From IMG/VR virus record IMGVR_UViG_3300032218_001330, positions 1 through 33,965 of that record: a DNA stretch of 33,965 nt. One strand, written 5' to 3'. Positions 27,449 to 33,965 of the stretch are shown in pieces. The stretch is from a virus. Its lineage: Duplodnaviria; Caudoviricetes. The number at the start of each line of letters is the position of its first letter. Within the stretch, counting starts at the first letter, position 1. The translations under genes and the position numbers were made by a program. The notes beneath the pieces were generated by a model. That model saw only the letters and a program-made list of their open reading frames with translations. It was not told where the DNA came from and did not search any database.

Positions 27449-28510
27449 ATGAAGATTGCGGTCTATGCTATAGCCCTGAACGAAATCAAACATGCAAATA
27501 GATGGGCGCAAACAACTAAAGATGCGGATTACCGCATCGTGGCAGATACAGGTTCAACTGATGGCACTCAAGAAGCACTTAGGCAAAACGGCGTTATGGT
27601 CCATGATATTCATATACGCCCTTGGCGCTTTGATATGGCTCGTAACGCTTCGCTGGCACTTGTTCCAGAAGATGCGGACCTTTGCGTCTTCCTCGATATG
27701 GACGAAGTCCTAGAACCTAAGTTCTTTGAGAAGGTACGTAAAGGTTGGGTTGAAGGTTCTGACCATGCGTGGGTTAACTTTGACACAGGAAACATCTGGC
27801 AAAAAGATAAGATTCACACACGCAGTGGGTGGCATTGGAAGTATCCATGCCATGAGGTTGCAGTATTTTATGCTGGACAAACAGCTAAGCATTGTACAAT
27901 TGATGCGTTGATTACACATAAGCCAGATGAGACAAAGTCTCGCAATCAATATATTGATTTACTTGAACTGGCTGTTAAGGAATTGCCAAAGGATCCACGC
28001 ATGTGGACCTATATGACACGTGAGTATTACTTCCATCAAAGATGGGAAGATGTACTACGAGCAGGTCAAGCCATGCTTGACTGCCCAGATGGTTGGGATG
28101 TTGAACAAGCTGCTGTTTGCAAGTGGCTAGGTGAGGCAGCGCACTACTTAGGCAAGGTAGAAGAAGCAACTGAATGGTTCCAAAAAGGAACAAAGATTAT
28201 TCCCAAGCAAGGTGAGCCTTGGTATGGCGTAGCCATAGATGCTTACCGTAGACGTTATTGGTCTACCTGCCTAAGCGCAGCAATCAATGCATTTGAATGT
28301 CCTCGTTCAAACCATTACTGCTACGAGTCAGCCATTTGGGATTGGAAAGCCTACGACCTAGCAGGGATTAGTTCCTACAATTTAGGACTAATTGAAGAAT
28401 CTGAATTGTTTACTAAGCAAGCGTTGCTTGCAGTCCCAGATGGACCAGAGAAAGAACGCATCAAGCGCAACTATGAGTTTACCAAAGATGTTCTAAAGAG
28501 GAAAAAATGA
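27449..28510 (+). CDS. GT2 glycosyltransferase with C-terminal TPR repeats
   Basis: GT-A motifs AIALNE, VADTGSTDGT, FDMARNASL, DxD (LDMDE) and WKYPCHE, followed by TPR-like helical repeats. Confidence 0.9.
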   Translation: MKIAVYAIALNEIKHANRWAQTTKDADYRIVADTGSTDGTQEALRQNGVMVHDIHIRPWRFDMARNASLALVPEDADLCVFLDMDEVLEPKFFEKVRKGWVEGSDHAWVNFDTGNIWQKDKIHTRSGWHWKYPCHEVAVFYAGQTAKHCTIDALITHKPDETKSRNQYIDLLELAVKELPKDPRMWTYMTREYYFHQRWEDVLRAGQAMLDCPDGWDVEQAAVCKWLGEAAHYLGKVEEATEWFQKGTKIIPKQGEPWYGVAIDAYRRRYWSTCLSAAINAFECPRSNHYCYESAIWDWKAYDLAGISSYNLGLIEESELFTKQALLAVPDGPEKERIKRNYEFTKDVLKRKK

Positions 28511-28833
28511 GCAATTGCCGTACAGGATGCTACACAAAAGACCATACAACCTATGCCGAATGTCTACAAGATGCAGGGTTGCAGATCAATACAGGTGATG
28601 CAGGCCGTAGTAATGGGGTAATGCCAGCCAAGAAGTGGGATGCTGAGTTAGCAGCCTACCGTGATGCTAGAGCGCAGGGTATCCAGCCAGCTGGAACCAC
28701 TATGAAAAAAATTAACGAAGCAAGAGATGCCAGCCAGAAACTTGGTGTTGCATTTGATGCTGGCTCAATGCCAGATGCAAAGAAGATTACTAAGCGCACC
28801 GCTAAAGTAATGAAAGAAACAGGAGCAATCTAA
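28507..28833 (+). CDS. hypothetical protein (N-terminal Cys/His cluster)
   Basis: MSNCRTGCYTKDHTTYAECL...KKWDAELAAYRDARAQGIQPAGT. ATGA-coupled. Confidence 0.7.
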   Translation: MSNCRTGCYTKDHTTYAECLQDAGLQINTGDAGRSNGVMPAKKWDAELAAYRDARAQGIQPAGTTMKKINEARDASQKLGVAFDAGSMPDAKKITKRTAKVMKETGAI

Positions 28834-28994
28834 TGGCCGCAGCAAAGAAGATAACTAAGAAGGCAGCATACGCCGCATTTGAGAAGACTGAGCCTAAGAA
28901 AGAAAAGGCAAAGGAACTTAAAAAAGGTGAGTCAAAAGCGCAAGTTGCTAAAGAAGTTAAAAAAGGTATGTCTATGCTTAAGAAGAAGAAGTAA
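28833..28994 (+). CDS. small lysine-rich protein (53 aa)
   Basis: Read by hand: MAAAKKITKKAAYAAFEKTEPKKEKAKELKKGESKAQVAKEVKKGMSMLKKKK*, with a GGAG SD and TAATG overlap. Confidence 0.7.
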   Translation: MAAAKKITKKAAYAAFEKTEPKKEKAKELKKGESKAQVAKEVKKGMSMLKKKK

Positions 28995-28996
28995 TC

Positions 28997-29164
28997 ATGG
29001 CTGCCAAGAAGCACCCAGGATTTGCAAAGGTTCAAGCAAAGATAGCCAAGAAGTCAGGTGTGTCAATGGAGAGTGCTGGTGCAATCCTCGCATCCTCTAC
29101 ACGCAAAGCAAGCCCAGCTGCTAAAAAGTCAAACCCAAATCTTAAGAAAGTTAAGGGAAAATAA
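28997..29164 (+). CDS. small basic protein (55 aa)
   Basis: Read by hand: MAAKKHPGFAKVQAKIAKKSGVSMESAGAILASSTRKASPAAKKSNPNLKKVKGK*. Confidence 0.7.
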   Translation: MAAKKHPGFAKVQAKIAKKSGVSMESAGAILASSTRKASPAAKKSNPNLKKVKGK

Positions 29165-29165
29165 T

Positions 29166-29279
29166 ATGTGCAAAGAATGTGGATGCAACAACACTGCTAA
29201 AGGTGGTACACCAACACCAACAGGCAAGCCAACCAAATCACCTTACGGTGAATACGAGGGTGTGGGCGGAACTAAATAA
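29166..29279 (+). CDS. tiny Cys-motif protein (37 aa)
   Basis: MCKECGCNNTAKGGTPTPTGKPTKSPYGEYEGVGGTK*, coupled to both neighbours. Confidence 0.6.
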   Translation: MCKECGCNNTAKGGTPTPTGKPTKSPYGEYEGVGGTK

Positions 29280-29548
29280 TGACAGCAGGCGACGGCTTAA
29301 CCTACACATATCATCTCAATCGCTTAGCGGGAACTTTGTCCAACGGTGTACCCACCCTTGATGCTCAAGGTGCTGCAAACATCTGGGCTGGTACAAAAGG
29401 TTATGCCTTGCCTGGTGCATTGAATTCCCTTTATGCAGTCCGCAATAGCGGAATAAATTATGGGCTTGACTTGCAAGGCGTTCTTAATGCCCTTGCTGGT
29501 ACTACAGGATTAGGCATCAATGAGGCGGCAGCGAGGATTGTATCGTGA
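29279..29548 (+). CDS. virion-associated hypothetical protein
   Basis: 89 aa with internal repeats (LNRLAGT / ANIWAGT / LNALAGT). Confidence 0.65.
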   Translation: MTAGDGLTYTYHLNRLAGTLSNGVPTLDAQGAANIWAGTKGYALPGALNSLYAVRNSGINYGLDLQGVLNALAGTTGLGINEAAARIVS

Positions 29549-30435
29549 CATTATTTGTAGATTTAATTGATGAGACGTCTTTAGCCTTAACAGGCTATAC
29601 CTCTCGTCAAGATCAAGCAACGTATCTTATTGCTGATATTAACAGCACAGCTTTGACCTTTCAGGTACAAGATGGTACAGTCCTTACACGTGGTTTAGTT
29701 GAGATTGACGAAGAACTTATTTGGGTTGACTCGTTTGATCGTACTAGTAATACAGCATCCATAGCCCCATATGGGCGAGGATACCGCAATACAGATCCAG
29801 TTAACCATACAACAGGTTCACGTGTAACTATTGCCCCATCTTTCCCGCGCTCTGTTATTGCTAAGAACCTTAACCAAGCCATTGATGCAATCTATCCAGA
29901 CTTGTTTGGTGTCTACTACACAACCTTCCCATTCATTGCAGCCCGTACTACATACGGTCTACCACAAGAAGCTATTGATGTGCTAGGAATTTCTTGGCAG
30001 ACCATTGGGCCATCTTTAGAATGGCTACCAATTAGACACTATCGTGTTGACCGTATGGCTAATCCAGTTACTTGGAATACAGGCAAGACTATCTCCATCT
30101 CTGATGGAATCATCCCTGGTCGTACTGTTATGGTTACATACACCAAGAAGCCTAGCCAACTGCAATATGAAACAGATGACTTTACTCAGACTGGCTTGCC
30201 AGACTCTGCACGTGAAGTAATTATCTTAGGAGCAGCCTATCGTTCTGCTAGTTATTTAGACTTAGGACGTGTGCCAGCAGCATCTGCTGAAGCAGATTCA
30301 ATGCAGCCAAATGATCCTATTGGTTCGGCAGCAAATATCTCCAAGTACATTTATCAGCTTTATCAGCAACGCTTGCAAGTTGAAGTTCGTCGTCAACAAG
30401 AGATGTATCCACCCCGCACACACTACTCACGATAA
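29545..30435 (+). CDS. head-tail adaptor / tail tubular protein A-like
   Basis: 296 aa with an N-terminal helix (LIDETSLAL), LNQAID and a C-terminal VIILGAAYR...LYQQRL helix, as in podovirus adaptors (inference from pattern and position). Confidence 0.55.
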   Translation: MTLFVDLIDETSLALTGYTSRQDQATYLIADINSTALTFQVQDGTVLTRGLVEIDEELIWVDSFDRTSNTASIAPYGRGYRNTDPVNHTTGSRVTIAPSFPRSVIAKNLNQAIDAIYPDLFGVYYTTFPFIAARTTYGLPQEAIDVLGISWQTIGPSLEWLPIRHYRVDRMANPVTWNTGKTISISDGIIPGRTVMVTYTKKPSQLQYETDDFTQTGLPDSAREVIILGAAYRSASYLDLGRVPAASAEADSMQPNDPIGSAANISKYIYQLYQQRLQVEVRRQQEMYPPRTHYSR

Positions 30436-30444
30436 GGCATACCA

Positions 30445-31173
30445 ATGGCAATCAATAGATATTACAGTTCAATTGCTCAAGATACAACACTTACAAATGT
30501 TATTACTTCTGAAACAAGTATTGTTGTTGGTGCAACTACTGGCTTCCCAGGAACTTTTCCATACACACTTGCCATTGATTACGGAACATCTTCTGAAGAA
30601 TTGGTAGATGTTCAGTCAGCCGCTGGACTTACTCTTGTAGTAGTACGTGGTGTTGATGGCACAACTGAGGTTGCACATAACCCAGGTGCTGTTATTCGCC
30701 ACGTAATTACTGCCCGTGATATGACTGAAGCACAAGCACACATTGGTGCTGCTACTGGTGTACATGGTATAACTGGCGCTGTTGTAGGTACAACAGATAC
30801 TCAGACATTGACCAACAAAACTATTAGTTACACAGCCAATACAATCACAAACCTTCCATCAGCTAACATTGACATTACGCTCAACGCTCAGACTGGTACT
30901 ACCTACACTCTTGCCGCTACAGATAAGAACAAATTGGTTACATTAAGCAACGCATCATCTATTACGCTGACAGTTGCTGCTAACTCATTAGTTGCTTTTG
31001 CTACAGGTTCACAGGTCAACATCCAACAGATTGGTGTAGGTCAAGTAACTGTAGCCGCTGGAAGCGGCGTTACTATCAACGGTACTGGTACCAAATTACG
31101 TACTCGTTGGTCTGCTGCAACCCTTATCAAGACAGATACTAACGTCTGGACATTGGTCGGGGATATTGCCTAA
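30445..31173 (+). CDS. tail fibre base/adaptor protein
   Basis: N-terminal RGVDGT..H..GAVI.H module, a VGTTDTQTLTNKT stalk and a C-terminal NAQTGTTYTL...WTLVGDI domain. Confidence 0.7.
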   Translation: MAINRYYSSIAQDTTLTNVITSETSIVVGATTGFPGTFPYTLAIDYGTSSEELVDVQSAAGLTLVVVRGVDGTTEVAHNPGAVIRHVITARDMTEAQAHIGAATGVHGITGAVVGTTDTQTLTNKTISYTANTITNLPSANIDITLNAQTGTTYTLAATDKNKLVTLSNASSITLTVAANSLVAFATGSQVNIQQIGVGQVTVAAGSGVTINGTGTKLRTRWSAATLIKTDTNVWTLVGDIA

Positions 31174-32402
31174 TGCCAATCCTTGGAATCTTGGCTTCCT
31201 CTGGAAGTGCGCGATATTGGATTGCTTTATATTCCAGTATGACAATCAGCGGATTGTCTACAGATTCATCTAGCAATCTTTTTATTACAAGTTCCGATGG
31301 TGAACTTATTGCTCAAAAATCAGATGGTACAATTTCTTGGCAAAAACAAATTACAAGCACTTATGGCCTTGGTTACAATTGTAGTTCTTCTGATACATCT
31401 GGAAATGTCTACGCAGGCGGTTATGATAAAAATTCTACTATCAATTACCCTGCTTTTTTTACAAAATATAATTCATCTGGCACTATTCAATTACAGCGCA
31501 AGCTTACTGCAAGTAGTAGTTCCACTATTGTAGATATGAAAATAGATAGCTCTGGAAATATCTACATTGCAGGACAAGAAGTTGGAGCAGGCGGAACATA
31601 CAACGGTTATTTTGTAGCAAAGTATAACAGCTCTGGAACAATATCATGGCAAACATATGTTGAATCAACTGCGCTTGGGGCTGGATCTTATGATTCTTTT
31701 AGTTCTATCAATTTGGATAGTTCTGGAAACATATATGTTGTTTCGAGAAATTATGGTTTTATTGTAAAACTTGACAATTCTGGCAATTTGCAATGGCAAA
31801 GACAAGCAACTGATGTTAACTTTCAATCCTTTGGTGGAACTTTAGATTCATCTGGCAACGTATATGTATCATATGTTGGTACTAATAAATCAGTTCTTTT
31901 GAAATATAACAGTTCTGGAACTTTGCAATGGCAAAGACAGATTTCTAAAAATGGAAATACACCAGCTGCCACATACCTTTCAGTAGATTCTAGTGATAAT
32001 GTTTATGTTGCTTCAACTATATTGACATCAAAACTAGGAATCTTATTAACTAAATATGATACTTCTGGATCTATCCAATGGCAACGCACTATATTTAATA
32101 CAAGCTCTAGCGATTTCATTCTTAAAGGTTTGAAAATTGACGCAAGCGATAAAATGAGAATAGGTATCCTACCAACTGTTGGTTCATTCGTTATGACATT
32201 GCCATCTGATGGCGGCTTAACTGGAACTTACACTATTGGTGCAACTAGTATTGCATATGCTGTATCAACATATACTGAATCTGCTGGTTCATTAACATCA
32301 GCTACCTCTACTGCTGCATCAGGAGCATCAACTGCTACGTCTTCAACACCGACATACTCAGATTCTACATCAACAGTAACAATTACTAAAGTAGTTATTT
32401 AA
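31173..32402 (+). CDS. beta-propeller (SBBP-like) receptor-binding protein
   Basis: Repeated DSSGNIY...KYNSSGT.QWQR blades (about 6-7) and an MPILGILASS anchor. Visibly more AT-rich than its neighbours. Confidence 0.75.
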   Translation: MPILGILASSGSARYWIALYSSMTISGLSTDSSSNLFITSSDGELIAQKSDGTISWQKQITSTYGLGYNCSSSDTSGNVYAGGYDKNSTINYPAFFTKYNSSGTIQLQRKLTASSSSTIVDMKIDSSGNIYIAGQEVGAGGTYNGYFVAKYNSSGTISWQTYVESTALGAGSYDSFSSINLDSSGNIYVVSRNYGFIVKLDNSGNLQWQRQATDVNFQSFGGTLDSSGNVYVSYVGTNKSVLLKYNSSGTLQWQRQISKNGNTPAATYLSVDSSDNVYVASTILTSKLGILLTKYDTSGSIQWQRTIFNTSSSDFILKGLKIDASDKMRIGILPTVGSFVMTLPSDGGLTGTYTIGATSIAYAVSTYTESAGSLTSATSTAASGASTATSSTPTYSDSTSTVTITKVVI

Positions 32403-32422
32403 CAACCCAAAGGAGCCGAAGA

Positions 32423-33965
32423 ATGACTGACGCATTTAGCCATATCAAGGAACGGCCAGTAGATCCAATTGGCTCCCCACCAACAGCAGGTAATACATAC
32501 GCTAATACATCTAATGCTTTTGATTGTGCTTTTTCAGGCTTGCCATTCTTCTTTGCTATTTCAGAAAAGTATCCATACAAGCGTGAGACTGCACAGTATC
32601 GCAAGCAACAGTTTGATTCTCAGAAAGAACCAGGTGAGCAGACGCTCACAGGTTGGTGGCTACGTTCACAGTCTTCATTCCACTATGGCGCAGGTATCCG
32701 CTTTCAGGAACCAGTACAAGGAGAGACAGTACCTTACCGCTTTAACAAAAGCGCTGGTGTAGATGTATTTAATACTGGCAAAGTAACTTTACTTTCTGCT
32801 ACTGAAATGACTTATGAAACAAATGCAACTAATCTTTATATTGAAGGTGTTACAAATTCTGCTGGCGATAGTTTTGTTATTGGTTGTGACGAAAATTCCC
32901 TTGGTGCAGTTTACGCAGGTGGTGGAACTACTTCCATTACTTACGGTGGAACTGGTAACATTTTAGATATTGCAGCAGATGGTAAAAATTGGTATGCGGC
33001 AAATGCAACTGGAATTTATTCTGGCCCTATTGATAATTTATCAACTGCTGGTACTTTGATATTTACTCACCCAACCCTTATGGTTGGAACTGTTACTCAT
33101 GTAAAAATGAATTGGGTAAAGCAACGCCTTATAGCTGGTATTAATAATTACTTGTTTGAGATTACTCCTATTGTTTCTTTTGGTCTTGTTGGTTATTCAC
33201 AAGTCGGAAATAAGACAACGTTAAATACAGAATCTGCACATAACTTTGTAGTTGGTTCATTAGTTACAACTACTGGAAGTACTCAGTATAACGGTACTTG
33301 GCAAATTACAGAAGTTCCAAACAGCACAAGTTTTACTTTTAATTCTAGTACTTATTTTTATGATTGGTCAGCAGATACTGGAACAGTTTCTCTAGAAATT
33401 AACAATAATCTACCTATCTATGCACATCCAAATACAAATTGGATTTGGAGTGGTGTTGCAGAAGGCCCTAATGCTATCTATGCATCTGGCTATGCTGGAA
33501 ATAAGTCAAGCGTTTATCGCTTGTCTCTTGATACAACTGGTAATGTTCCTTTATTAAACAAAGCACTTACGGCAGCAGATATGCCATTCGGTGAATACAT
33601 TACAAGCCTTGCTTCTTATGTAGGTAAGTACATGGTCTTTGGTACTAACAAGGGCATACGTGTTGGACAGATTGACACCTCAGGATTTATCTCATCTGGT
33701 TACATTACTTATGGCCCATTGACTGTTGTTACTAATGGCTATGACCCAGCCAGTGGTGAAGTATTAAACGGCAAGCCAGTAACAGCTATTGCTTTTAATG
33801 ACCGTTATGCTTACTGCACAGTATCTAACTACATTGATAATGGTGACGGAACTTTCTCATCTGGTTTAGTTAAACTAGATCTTGCTAAAGAGATTGCCCC
33901 TAACCAAGTTGCTTATGCAACACATTTACGTACCTTGTCGCCAACTGGCTATACCAATGGCGATG
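32423..33965 (+). CDS. tail nozzle / tail tubular protein B-like (3'-truncated)
   Basis: Not in the ORF track because it has no stop in the window. It reads MTDAFSHIKERPVDPIG...YKRETAQYRKQQFDSQKEPGEQTLTGWWLRSQSSFHYGAG..., has an AAGGAG SD and beta-rich propeller-like content, and is open to the window end. Confidence 0.65.
   Translation, partial: MTDAFSHIKERPVDPIGSPPTAGNTYANTSNAFDCAFSGLPFFFAISEKYPYKRETAQYRKQQFDSQKEPGEQTLTGWWLRSQSSFHYGAGIRFQEPVQGETVPYRFNKSAGVDVFNTGKVTLLSATEMTYETNATNLYIEGVTNSAGDSFVIGCDENSLGAVYAGGGTTSITYGGTGNILDIAADGKNWYAANATGIYSGPIDNLSTAGTLIFTHPTLMVGTVTHVKMNWVKQRLIAGINNYLFEITPIVSFGLVGYSQVGNKTTLNTESAHNFVVGSLVTTTGSTQYNGTWQITEVPNSTSFTFNSSTYFYDWSADTGTVSLEINNNLPIYAHPNTNWIWSGVAEGPNAIYASGYAGNKSSVYRLSLDTTGNVPLLNKALTAADMPFGEYITSLASYVGKYMVFGTNKGIRVGQIDTSGFISSGYITYGPLTVVTNGYDPASGEVLNGKPVTAIAFNDRYAYCTVSNYIDNGDGTFSSGLVKLDLAKEIAPNQVAYATHLRTLSPTGYTNGD

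Noticed and set aside
28879-29361. Track ORFs 28879-29124, 29058-start extension and 29179-29361
   Set aside because: These are out-of-frame overlaps. The coupled small ORFs 28833-28994, 28997-29164 and 29166-29279 tile the region better.

Overview
This 34-kb window is part of a tailed dsDNA phage genome. It is most likely a podovirus-like phage of Actinobacteria, resembling uncultured freshwater actinophages: it carries WhiB, an actinobacterial-type SLT transglycosylase and a sigma-factor-like gene. The layout has four parts. (i) 1-2858 (+) is the end of a middle operon: HslV/proteasome-beta-like peptidase fragment, DUF1599/Nmad1 protein, metallophosphoesterase, nuclease-like protein, sigma factor and FmdB zinc ribbon. 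(ii) 2931-7105 (-) is a tightly coupled array of about 19 mostly tiny early genes with three sigma-A-like promoters. (iii) About 7180-7895 is a divergent non-coding control region with short repeats, a perfect CRP-box and a multi-hairpin element. (iv) 7896 to the end (+) holds the virion genes: terminase, portal, putative ejection proteins, scaffold, N4-gp56-like major capsid, a Thr-rich collagen fibre, tip modules, a GT2-TPR glycosyltransferase, tail adaptor, beta-propeller and a truncated nozzle-like gene. No integrase, tRNA, rRNA or CRISPR was seen. The best leads are a collagen G-X-T fibre paired with a GT2-TPR glycosyltransferase (candidate virion glycosylation system), an HDxxGH metallo-enzyme domain inserted in the giant virion protein, a host CRP-type site and structured RNA upstream of terminase, a pseudoknot-like leader before the scaffold gene, and a shared palindrome over the terminase and scaffold start codons. 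All calls come from motif recognition by eye; no database searches were run.
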